64,000 bases of DNA, from positions 29,016,001 to 29,080,000 of the forward strand of contig CM022665.1 in assembly GCA_012295275.1 (NCBI GenBank). Direction: 5' to 3'. Source of the stretch: Chrysomallon squamiferum (taxonomy: Eukaryota > Animalia > Mollusca). The notes under the pieces were generated by a model that did no database searches, was not told where the DNA came from, and saw nothing but the letters and a program-made list of their open reading frames with translations. Positions within the stretch are counted from its first letter, which is position 1. Each line of letters starts with the position of its first letter. Positions 27,892-56,041 of this stretch are shown here, piece by piece. The translations under genes and the position numbers were made by a program.

Positions 27892-28095
27892 TTCTCAGTA
27901 AAACCAAGCTTTAGTAAGTTACTGTCTTCCTAGGAAAACCAAGTTTTAGTAAATTAGTGATGACTTCCCAGTAAAACCAAGCTTTAGTAAGTTAATGTCT
28001 TCCCAGTAAACCAAGCTTTAGTATGTTAATGTCTTCCCAGTAAACCAAGCTTTAGTATGTTAATGTCTTCCCAGTAAACCAAGCTTTAGTAAAAT
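27892..28095. repeat. Minisatellite, ~6 copies of a 34-38 bp unit TTCCCAGTAAACCAAGCTTTAGTA(A/T)GTTAATGTC
   Basis: Head-to-tail copies read directly; no unique spacers. Confidence 0.9.
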
Positions 28096-29170
28096 AGTAA
28101 TGTGTTTTCGCTTTTGTGCCTGTCATTTATAGAATATTTTATACCTAGTTTAACTAAGTTTATGTTGGTCTATTCAATATTGGACTGATAATTTATAATT
28201 AATTTTTTAGATGTTGGATAATGTGTCAGTCAACATTTTTCGTTAGAACTATAAGCAGTTAATCCAGAAATGTTAAGTGCAATTGGATCTGAACTAGGTG
28301 TTATCACACAGCTGTAAAGATGGATACAGTCCTGCTGAAAAAATATGTAGTTCCATGACATGAGCACTTGTTCAAAATAGCATAGTCCCTTTAAAACATT
28401 TGTGTGACCTAGGCCAGTATTTACATTATCAGTTTTTTGTGAACCTTTGGCTAATTCTTAACCACACTCACCAGTCTCTAAGATGGTGTTGTTGCACCAA
28501 AATGGGTGGTCTTATTCACACCTATTTTAGTAGGTTGTCTTTTTTTTTCTTTTTTTGCAAGATGCATATAAAGTGTTTAGCACTAACATATTACCTGATG
28601 ATTGTTAATGTTCATGGTTATTTCATTGGCAGAATGGTGCCTGTAAACCAGATGGGAACATACATATATATGTATTTGTTTTTTGTTTTTTTTCCCCCAA
28701 CAGTCATTATCGTTAATAATCTGTTATTTTACTAAGTACAGTATCAATAAAATTTTATTGTCATCTAGTAGTATCTTAAACTGAAATAAAATTTAAATAT
28801 TTCTGTTGACTGCTAATAAGTATGTTAAATGTGCCATTAGCTGATTGTATTATAGCTGAGATAAAGAATATTTCTTTTTATATTATCACTTATGTACAGT
28901 TAGTTCTCAATAAATATGTTTTCCTAAATTTGGCAGTTATCAAAGAGAATAAAATATTTGTTGAAATGTAATATTTGTTATGTTTTGTTTCAGTTAGTTT
29001 TGCATTTATTTTCTTCTTCTTCTTCTTTTTATTTATTTATTTTTAATATGTTACGTCGAGTTTATAGTGTGAAAATATTTCAGAAAAGGTATCCATTTCT
29101 AATATGTTTATATAACTTAAAAATAACTCGCACAACGGAAATGATTACGGTATGTATTTTCATAACATAC

Positions 29171-29204
29171 GTATGCCTAGTTACCATAGATGTTTCCAGA
29201 AACG
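29171..29204. promoter_or_regulatory. Degenerate RFX X-box-like half sites upstream of DNAAF2
   Basis: GTATGCCTAGTTAC overlapping GTTACCATAGATG, ~180 bp upstream of the ATG of a motile-cilia gene; imperfect match to GTTRCCATGGYAAC. Confidence 0.3.
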
Positions 29205-29363
29205 AACACCTTCCTAATCATCGATCGGTTTTACTCGGATTTCTTTGTAATATTTTCACGGAAAATAACGACCAACTTTTCGAACATTAGTTCTCTCCCT
29301 TAACTTGTTTTGGTTACAATTTGCGCATGCTCTCCGTCACAAGGGTACTTGTTTGCAAACACC

Positions 29364-32300
29364 ATGGCGTCAAAAGATGGACTGGAAGATCTGGACCTGA
29401 AACCAGATGAAATCAAGCGAATTACAGACGCTTTGAAAGATGAAAAATTCCGTAAGCTTTTTGTTGAATATGCAGAAGAAATTGCAGATCCAGAAAACAG
29501 ACGTCTTTACGAAGAAGAAATTCGTCAGATGGAAAATGAGCGTGGAATGGATATCCAATTCATTCATCCCACACCTGGTCATGTAATAAAAACAACAGTA
29601 AATGGAAGTACAATAGCATTCATTAACATATGCAAAAACGAAAAAATTGAAAAACCATCATTTGAGTCAAAAGTAGGGCCTGATAATCGCAGTGGCATGT
29701 TTTGCCAGATTCCGCATTCTTTTGCCCCAGAACGTGAAGATATTGATGATGGAAACAAATGCATTGTATACGATTTCGTTATTCATCCTGATACTTATCG
29801 AATGTCCGAAACCAACGAACGATATCAGAAAATGATCTACGATGTTGCTTTTGATGGCATTGAACAGAAGTTTAATGCCAAGATTGACAGAAACAATTTT
29901 AAGAAAATTAAATTGGAATTTAAGGGAATACCACAGGCAACGGTTATAAGAACAAGACGGACAGAAAGCAAGTCAGAGGAATCAAAACCAGAAGATGAAA
30001 TGTTAAAAAACATGCCATATCCATATGATCAAAAGACAACAGTGGAGAAAACCCGTGAATTGGAACAAGAAATGAAGAAGAGAAAAGAAGAAAAGCATAA
30101 GAAAGATGCAAAAGTGAAAAAAGGAAAGGTTAAGGAAGATAATGATGCTACTACTCCAAGGTATACTATCACTCACAGATCAGAAATGGATCTTCAGGAA
30201 TATTGCAACAGACCAGATTCAAGACCTTCCACAAGACCTAAAGTTTTGGTTATAAAAATTGACCTTCCACTTCTGTCTTCAGCAGCACCTGTAAGTCTTG
30301 ACATATTTGAACAGAGACTTGTTTTAGAATGTGTCAAACCTGCAAAATACAAACTTGACATACGACTACCATACCCAGTAAATGATGATGAAGGTTCAGC
30401 CAAATTTGATAAAGTCAAGCATTGTCTCGTAATAACTCTGCCAGTAATACCAGATGTCATTCCCAAATTACCATCTTTCATTGAAGATGAACCACGCCAC
30501 AATGGTGATGTGAATGATACTAATGATGAACTGCCATCCTCAAAAGGTGATAAACCTCTGATTGAAGAACTTCCTCCATCATCTGATACACAGAAGAAAA
30601 ATAATGGAGAACCAAATGAAATAGCCACTCAGGATACAAGTACTGATGAAATATCGCATGAAAAAGAGAAACAAATTGCATACAGTTTACCTGACTATGA
30701 TTTTTCTCAGGACAATGACACAGTATCATTTGTTTTCAATGTCAAAAATGTAACACCTGAATCTGTAACAAAAAGTTTTCCATCACAAAATTCTGTCACT
30801 TTAAAGTTTATGTCAGTGGGTTCTGGTTATTTCCCAATGCATTATAGCATCCACCTGAATTTTGGTACTGGTCATGATGTAGTAGCAGAAGAGGTCAGTG
30901 TTGAAACATCAGAAAATAATGCAGTACTTCTTCTGTTGAAGGCACGTAACTCCAGAGGAATATGGGATCATTTTGAAGTTGGTATTGATGCTGATCATTT
31001 AGAGGTATGTATATAAATATTTTCAATATATTCTTTTCACTCCTTCTCTCATGTCATGAATAAGCCAATCACAAAGTGATAATTTCTGATATTATTATGC
31101 CAATACTGTTTGACTTGCTACATATTACCTATTTTAAAACCATTGTTATGCATATATCATTTAATACAAACAAAGATGTATGCTTTCCATTTTGATAATT
31201 AATTCAAATATTAATCTGGATAATGAAATCACATTGTTGTTTAAAACGAAATAATTAAATCAAATCCTCTGTAGTTACAATATTTCAAAAACATATTAAA
31301 AAATGAACCAGCAATTAATTTTCCATTACTTTATGACCACTGTAGGGGGAGTTTAATAATTAACCTGCACAATTTACATGTAATGTAATGCTTACTATCT
31401 TGTGCATTTATGCAGTTCCTGCCATTACATAGGTTTGAATAATTTTTATTAAACATAGTTCATTTTTTAAAAATACACATTGTATGGAGTGCTGGATAAT
31501 TTAACCAATTAAAAAAAACAAATACACATAACCTGAGAATATCTATATTTTCACATAGGTTCTTACTGAATATGACTATACAAGTGATAATGTTGTCATT
31601 TATATTCTAAAAACAATATAATTTTATTTTATTTGTTTTATTAAGTAATTTTTAGGTGTCTGTTTGAAATTTATTATTCTCTAATTTGTCTGGAAGCATG
31701 TGTATTGCTATACTTTTAGACAGAAATTGGAGTATGTTAGTTCTTATATCATGCAAAGATTGCATGTTAAAAAATTATGGAATTACTTTTCTGTTTTTTT
31801 CTTTTTCAGATGTTTAAAGTATGCATAGAAAGTATGACCTTCTGTTAGAAATTATTTTAATTTAAATTATTTAATCATGTAATATTTTTTTAGCTCATAT
31901 TTTAAATTGATTGCATTACATGTATAGCCTTATTGTGTTATAAAGCAATAAATAAGAATCAACACATTATTTATGCTTTTGGGGGTTTTCATACAAATAT
32001 TGGTATATATCTATGTCCTGATGCAAACACACTTTAGAATGATTGTTTTGTTTCACACAGCTCAAATTAAAATAGTTGATGAAAACCTGTCCATCTGTCA
32101 TTCACAGCAGACATCAACTAAAAATAATATGCAGCACTTTGAGTGAAATTTAATAAAACCTGATAAATGTCCAAAATCAACACTTCTGAAAAACGTGACT
32201 GTAATTATATTGCTGTTTTTACTGTTAGATTTATATAATAATAATAATAATAATAAACAATAAATAAATTGAAATATATTCACATAATATACCAACCATA

Positions 32301-32839
32301 TATTAAAAAGTAAAGCTGAAGTTTTGAACATGTTTATGTAAGTACTGTTAAAAAAAAAAAAAAAAAAACATTTTTGTCCAGATCCTGTATTATTGAACAT
32401 ATAAATTTATTTGTTATTAATGGTTGTCACATTTATATATTAAATAAAGCATTTTCTATTTTTGTATTCTGTGTGTATTTTTGTAAAATTCAGTATTAAA
32501 GACATAATATTTTAATTTGTTACTAATGACTCAGTTTTGCATCTTGCAACTTTTACCCATATACACTAGAAAAAATGCAGTAATTTCAGTAAAAGACTGC
32601 ATGTTATTTGCAAACAGTTGATATCTAATGAATGTGGAATAGCTAAGTCTTTGACCATTATTTTGGTGAACCAATAACTAGATATTATTGATTATTTCTT
32701 GTTCAGTTGCAAGCAAATTTTTATTATTATTCTCAGATTGGTTTCCATGGGTATATATGAATGTGACAACAGACCTTTAACCTGATGTCTGATAAAAGAA
32801 TGTATTAAATTGAAAAATCTGTTATATATATATATATAA

Positions 32840-32901
<62 letters not shown>

Positions 32902-34939
32902 AAAAATCTGTTATATATATATATATAAAGAACATTTTGTTTTCGTACAGACTATTTGATAAATTTCTTAGCTGATGTTAGCATTGTTTTAGTACTGTGG
33001 TGCATTCAAAAGTGACATCAGCATGTAAACTTAAGTATTTGGTGAAATGGAGCATAAACAAAAGTGGCAGCCAAGGTGAGAGATGCAAATCTTGGGAAAA
33101 GCTCAGGGCTGTCTGACCTGTGTGTTTGCTCTTGGGGAAAATCTCAAGATGTTTTCACAATAATAAAACATACAGCTTGTGCTCTTGGGAAGACTTGCAA
33201 GCATCCACTGCACAGAATTATTTTTGTCTTTTTTTTTTTTTACGAGTTATTTGTATATCAAGGTAAAGCAGTGAATATGGTGGAAGTGCTAAGCTTTTCA
33301 GTAAAAGTTATTTTTTCAGTGCCACAGTATTTGTGGACCATATTCATTTGGCTAATGGTAAGTGTGGTGGTGTTAATAAATGTGAGGTGTTGTCACTGAT
33401 GTACGTAGATGTCAGTTACATGCAGTGATGTGTTGTGGATAATGGTTGTTACTGATTTGTTACGTTTTGTTAATAACTGTAAAGAAGCAAAGACAGTTTG
33501 CAATTTCAGTATATTAACAAATAAATATATTTTTAATTTATATTATAAACCTCTAAAAATTTATTATTGTTTATTTGTTTTAAAATATTATTATTATTAT
33601 TTATTTTCCACATATTCTCAGTACTGCAGATTTCTAAAGTATTTACTAGACCTGATATAAATACATTTGTTGAAAATATTTAGGATTTTTAATGTGGCAT
33701 ACTGCTGAGTAAACCAGTATTTATTCATGTGTGACAAGTAAATCTAGTTCATTATTGTTAATGACACTTTATAAACACTCATGCATACATCTTCTCTATA
33801 GCTTGACGGAAACCTTGATGAAAACTGTTTCTTGTTATTTTTTTATAACTCAGTGAGAAAGAGGTGAATGTTGTATAGAGATTTAATACTATATTTACTA
33901 ATGCTTGGATAAATTTAAAATATTTTAATATATAGTCATGTTGAACATATTTATTTGTATGCATTCATGATATTTTAAAGAAATATAGGTTTATCAGCTG
34001 TCAGTTTTGAATTACTAAAAGGACAGTAACGTACAAATATAGGAAATTATTCCAGCTTTGTTTAGATTAAATATTACACTAACCAAACAGAAACAAAAGT
34101 GTACTTTTCCTTCACTCTGTTTCTATATTTTAGTTTTCTCTCCCCAGTTTTTTCACCTAAAAATTACATAATAATATGATACACACACATTGTTTCATTG
34201 CTGTTGTTTGTTTTTTTGTATATGTTTGGATTTAATTTTGAATAAAAATACTTCTTTGCATTAGAATTAAAATATTGTCTTAAAAATCATAATAACATTT
34301 GTACATGTCCATAAAAATGTATAATATTCATAAAATTTTAAATACAGTATATATAGCATTAATTATTCTATATACAGTTACAAGCATCAGTTTAACATGT
34401 ATTGCTTGCAGTTACACATCTGTACGTATATATATATCACAAAATTGATGTGTAAAGTTTCGCACTGCAAAAGCTGTTACAGATGATGCATAATTTCTTG
34501 GCCTTCACCCTAATGCTTTTAACATGTTGTCGTGGAGTCTTGTTATTGGATTTTAGTGTTTGACCTACTTTGCTATATAAAACTAAAAACTACATTTTTC
34601 TACCACTGTTCAGTATAGCTTATCAAAGCTGACCCAACAAAGGTGAATAGTTTTGAGGTGCTGTTGTTGATTTGTGTGCCAGCCACTTCACTTTGTTTTT
34701 GTTTATTTATTTACCGTCATGAGCATTTTCTTTTCTTTTTACCTTTTTTTTTTTTTTTTTTTTCAATTAGTATTATTATATGAGAATTACTTTTTTTTTT
34801 TTTTTTTTAAGTTTTGCCTGTTTTGTCAGATACTGAAAATTACAATATTAATCCAAGATGATCACAAACAACATTACTGTGATATTTCATTTATTTGTAA
34901 ACAAAACTTTTTAGTTTTTCTGTTCCTTTTGTCTTTCTA

Positions 34940-34970
<31 letters not shown>

Positions 34971-36766
34971 TAAAATTTAAAATTCTATTCTTATTAAAAT
35001 ATTCTTTCTAAAATGTATCTGAAAATCATACAGTATCAGTTACTTTAAGAACGTATTCACTCACTGACTGATTATTTATTTATTTTTTATTTTTAATAAG
35101 CTGTTTTATTTTATTTTGTTTTTTTAGGAGAAGCTATTTCTGACAGAAGACAATCTACAGGATGAGCTTGATATGATGGACAAGGAGGCAGAAGAACGTC
35201 AAAAGTTGATGCCCAGTGAAGAATCTCAGCTACAAGTTCAGGTTACAGAAATGAATGAACGGAAACTTACTGTTCAAATCAAGGTAAAGTACAAGAACTA
35301 AAAACTAGAAAATATTACACTTAAAACTGAAGAAAATAAATATGCTTTACTGTTTTTGATTGATATATTTATTGTGGTTTTTTTTTTTGTTTTGTTGTTT
35401 TTTATTCTAGTGTTTGATTTTGACTATTTTTTGTGATGGATTATAGAAAGTAAATAAAAAATTAATAAAAAATTACCTAAAATAGTGCCTTCATTCTCTT
35501 TAAAATTATGCTTTTTAATTAATCATACTTGACAAGAGTCAAAAAACATTAAAGTTCATGGTATGAAATGAATTTATTGCATTGTAATTCATATTTTTGT
35601 ATCAGTTATGAATATAAAAATGATAAGTAAATTTTTCATCACATAACAATATAAATATTATTTTGCAGAGTGAAGGTATTCTAGAAGATGCTGATAATGA
35701 TGAATTTGATCCTCCTTCCTCTGCTGATATTGAGGTAATTTATAACAGTACTGGTCCTAAGCTGCAGAGCATTTTAAAACAGAGGACCATGTCAGAATCC
35801 AGTGATGATTATGGAACTAATGGAGACAGCTCAAAGTCTTGTCCAGAAGAGGAGTTTTCATCATCCTTAAATGGCCGTTTCAGAAAATCTGTTTCTTTTA
35901 ATAACCATATTGACAAGACGACATACAAACCTAGTGCTTCTCCTACTAGCATGAAAACTGCACTGAAGAGTAAGCGTAGACGAGCACGCAAGAAGGATGA
36001 GAAAATTAACAAGAAAGCTGGACGTCGGCGACACAACAGTGGTGGCTCTGAAGGCAGCAGTGGTGATGATTTCAGTTCTGAACATACGAATTCTGACTCA
36101 CAGTCTGAAGACAAGAATGACGAATTTGAGCAGATAGCTGAAGAAGGTTTGGAAGCACAAGAGGCAGATGGGTTAACAAACAAAGATAAATCAGATTTTA
36201 GGACTAGAGCTGAACAAATTGTTTGTGCAAGTAATGTTGTGAATGAGCAGAAAAATGGTGATGCAATTGAAACCATTGTTACACCAGAAGAAAAAATGGA
36301 CAGTGATGACGATAATGATAATCTGGATGTCAGAACTACACAATCAAAGCCAGAAGTTCAGAGCAGAAAAGATGACAAAATGTATGCTGGTGGTGATAGA
36401 GAATTGGATAATGCTCATATTAAATCCAGATCTAAACCAGTGATTGATGCTCAGGTGGTTTCCTCGGAAGATGTGTCTGATCCTGGCTCATTAAAGAAGC
36501 TCATTGAAGAGGATGGGTCTTGTTTAATCAGAATCAATGCAGATTACAGTAACAGAACAGACCAACAGATCTGTGATAACAGGCAACCAGCTCACAAACA
36601 GCAGAATGGTGAAAACAACAATGATAAGCCAGCTGATGATGATGATGGTGTTCAAACAGATTTAAGCTGGAAAGAAACCAAAATGCCAGATGTAGATAAT
36701 GAACACAGAACACAGTGTGCATTTAAGTTTTCAAATTCCTTGATATATGATTTGGATGTTGATTAG
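29364..36766 (+). CDS. DNAAF2: Protein kintoun / dynein axonemal assembly factor 2 (~964 aa); exons 29364-31004, 35128-35283, 35669-36766
   Basis: N-terminal ALKDEKFRKLFVEYAEEIADPENRRLYEEEI, PIH1 domain (FIHPTPGHVIKT...FINIC...IPHSFAP...YDFVIHPDT), CS domain (IDLPLLSSA...LDI...YKLDIRLPYPV...AKFDK...LVITLPV); ATG in ACCATGG context; phase-0 introns; C-terminal FKFSNSLIYDLD. Confidence 0.95.
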
Positions 36767-39700
36767 AATGTGGTGAGGATGGAATACTGCTGGCTATATG
36801 CCTTAGTTCAATTAATTATAGTTCATTATTTAATGAACAAATAGTTTGTATGTATTTGCATTTATGATAATTAAAAACCCAGTGCAGTTATTTCAAGTAA
36901 CTTTTATCTTTTTTGTTCTTTGATTAAAGGGTTTTGTTAAGTGTTTTCATTTTTTGTAGTTCTCTTTAATTCCATTGTTTTCATTGATTCAGAACTTCTA
37001 TGAAGTTTCTGGGATAAAATAGAATTTAAAAGATGCAAATTCTCTTTGTAATTATTTTAACATATTGTTAAAATAAATTTAAAGTTAGCACTTTTAATAA
37101 TTAAAAATATTAGAAACAATTGTTTGCAAAAGAAAGAAAGCAGAATTTTGATTTGAATTGCAAGAAGGTTTTATATTGAATGACAATTTGTTTTTAATGA
37201 TCATCTTGGAAATTTATTGTTTGAAAAAACAGGCATCTGATTCATTAGTTTAGAAAACAATTTTGATGTTAATATTTACATTTGTTGCTGTTAACTGTTT
37301 ATGAATTTTGAAGTGTCAATTTTTTACTTTTATTAATGTAAAATAATAGTTAACTGATAGTCACAGACAGAGACACACTTTCAAACCTTTGCTGATGTTA
37401 TTTAGAAATAATTTCTTTTTTTAACTGCATATGAATTGGTTGGATAAATATTTTTGGAAACACACATACAATTAATGAGTGACTTTGTTATTCTTGTTTT
37501 CTCTCTTCTTTTTTCACTGTCTTGACAATTTTGGATATTTTGTTTTCAGTTCTTAATTACAGTACCACTAAAAAAATTTTTTTTTTAATTCCACCCTTCC
37601 ATTTTTATTAATAGTGAAAACTAAGATTAAAAATTGATTTTGAGGATTGAGACGATAACATCTTCATGTTTTGTATTTTTGTAACTTTATATTTGAGACA
37701 AAATTAAAATGGCAGCATACCTGCTTATGTAAATGTTTTACATTTTGTCACTAAGTTACCAGTGATGGCATAATTTTGATTGTTTACTTTCATTCATCAG
37801 TTTAAAATATTTTTTGTCCCATGAATAAGTTGAAGTGGTGCATTTCATAGCAACAAAAGTTTTACGATTTTATTTTTATTTTATTTTATTTTTTTTTACA
37901 ATATGTACAGATATTTTGAATAATAAATTTTCAGTAACACATTTTGACATCAGTTTTTAATTATTTTTTTGTATTGTTTTTGCGTGTGCAGAGTACATTC
38001 ATGTATTTTAAGCCATGATTTATGCAAAAAAAAAAAAAAAATGTAGATGAATTACTCAATTTATGTTTTAAAATAATTAATGTTAGATATTTGGTTATTA
38101 ACTAGTTGGAATAATTCTATATTTATTTTTATTTCTTGGGGTGGGGGGGTCCTACATAAAATATTGTCATAAAAATATTTTTCACAATGTCATATAGGTC
38201 AACATCCATTTTTATGTTTGAAACCATTTAAAATTGCCAAATTTACCATAAGCATTTAAAGGCATTTATTTAAGATTTGGTTTATTTGTCATCCATTATC
38301 TTTAATGAAAGTAGTTAAAATATATATATATACACACACAAGATTTGTTTCTGTTTTGTTCTGATTTATTATTTACAATGTTTTGATGGTTGCTGCAGAA
38401 AACCTTTATTATTTTTCAATATTAATTTGAATAAATAAGCATAATATAACTTGCAGCTGCAATAAACATTATTTTATACAAAGATTTAGCTGCATATCTG
38501 CCAGTTGTAGGATAATACATTGTATTCTTAGTAAAATATTTGTATTTTATTTTCTACTTGATATTTTGTACATTTCAAGTTAAAAATTGTTATAAAGACT
38601 GAACTGGAATTAGTTCTAGACTTTTTTCTTTTTAATTTTTTTTTTAATTGTTTAGTAAAAATAAATAAATAATGAATGAAAATTAAGTTCTAATTGATGA
38701 TAAATACATCTTTGTTTCTGCAGTCACCACTACAACATTGTTATTGTATCTTTTATATAGTTACTGTTTACATATTTCAGGTGTTAAAAAAGTTGATTCA
38801 GCTCAGTTGGATGAAAAATCTTAGCTTAAATGTTGTTTTAAGAGTTTGGAAGGGTTATGAGATTGAAATAAATTTCAGAAATCTATAAATTTTGTTGTTT
38901 TATTTTCAGTTTTCTGCATTTAATATTTATAAATGGAACAGCATACTCAGAATGATTATGACAATACAGTTTTCTGTTGGTTTACTACTGATAAATAATT
39001 AAATAATCTAATTCTGATAATCATTACTGTGGTATCATTACAACACGGCTAGACTATTATTGTAAAAATAACAGTAAAAAGAATTGCTGAAAGATTAAGT
39101 TTCTTTCCAATATAATTCATGAATGTGTGCATGTTGAAAATATAAATACTGAAAACAGATGAATGTATTTCCATTGTTCTGTTAGCAGCAAATCAGGAAA
39201 CTAATGTTAACTAGTTAAATATAACAACACACTAAAGTGTCTTAAATTTTTATTTAGACGCATTTCAAGAATAATTCAAAATATTATATAATATGAACAA
39301 TACTGAGTTTCGTGCATTGATTTATAAATGATAATTTATCTGATGCTAAAGACTAATTAAGTACTGGGTGCACATATATATATATATATATATAAATTGT
39401 GAAAATCAGGTCACATCAAAAACAAAAATACATATAACAATTTATATTTATATTATGGATCAAAGGCAATTGTTTTTACATCTTTCTAAATAGTGTGGCA
39501 CTTTTAATTCATGTATAGTTGTTTTTGTACTGGTAATCCCTTGTAAATCTGGATTTGTTTATACTGGTTTACAAAATAAATAAAAATAAAAGAAATATAA
39601 ACAGGAAAAAGCTACTGTATGCAAACCTGCTATACAAAACCAAAAAAAAAAAAATTACATTTTTCTAACTTCCTTATACTAATTTTTTTTTTTTTTATCA

Positions 39701-40447
39701 TTACTATTTTTTTTTTTCTCTTTTTCTTTTAAAATTTTTCTTTATATATTTTTTTATTAATTTTTATTATTATTATTAATTTTTTTTTTTTTGCCTATGA
39801 CATTAACAATATTTATAGCAAAGAGTTACTGTTATTTTTAAATGAAATGACAATTGGTTTGTACAAAAATTGTAACAAAAAGAAAAGTAGTAAATGAACA
39901 AGTAAAAAATAATTAAACTAATGAGAAAAAAATAATATGTCCATGATAAACTGAGAATTTACATAGTAAATACATACTGCAGTAACTGATGTTAAAAAAC
40001 ACATTACTGTAAACTGATGTTAACATCTGATTTTGTGCAATCAAATGTGAGACTTGCAGAAATCTAGAAGAATTATTACAAAAACAGAAATATATATATG
40101 TTCATTAACAGGCTGTCGAACATTCAGAAACACGCTATTCCTGTTGTAAAACACTGTCCAAAATTGTCGGCAGTAACGGAATTAGTTACGGTGATGCTTC
40201 ATTTGAAACATAATATTATGACATGACTTGTTATCGATTTCAATGAGTTTATTTATGAGATTATTCAAGACAACATTCCTACATAATGCGATGAAAACGT
40301 AAGGCACGAATGTCCCATTTACAGATGAATTTTTGTCAAGAAACCGGCACAGCTATATACTGACGAGACCGTCAATCTCCTTACAAGTTCGAATCTATTT
40401 CTGATTACATTCTGTTCGATGACTGTCCAGTTGGGGTCACAGGCTTA

Positions 40448-55531
<15,084 letters not shown>

Positions 55532-55980
55532 TAATTACCAGCTCCAGTAACGGGACAAAAAATTATTGTCTTATAAGAAGAACAACTTATCCAACTATTA
55601 TCCACACCGAACTAACAGACGACGGTCATGAAGTCTTGGCTCGCCAACTAACAGAAACTGTTATTACTTTCCTCTGCCTGCAGCTCTCACGAAATAAAGC
55701 AGATGCCACACATATGGAACTCGATATCTTCTGCCAATTGCCGTCTGCTACTGAAAGGCCGGTCGACGTACCAGGAATGTTTCCATTGGCGGCAAATGGG
55801 CAAGTCTGGCAACTTCCTTCTTATTTTCAACAGCAATATTTTATTCTTGATTGAGAGGGGCTCTGGCGAGAAAAATAAAGTAACAGATCTTATTTTTTAA
55901 TCTAAATAATAATAATAATAATGATAATAATTTGTCAAAATAATAAACTGCTTACTTATTACTTACTTAAAAATAAAAAA

Positions 55981-56041
<61 letters not shown>

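Noticed and set aside
27892-28095. CRISPR-like array
   Set aside because: Units abut with no unique spacers, no cas genes, eukaryotic context; it is a minisatellite.
30194-36722. Antisense ORFs over the DNAAF2 exons
   Set aside because: Shadow frames of a real coding sequence.
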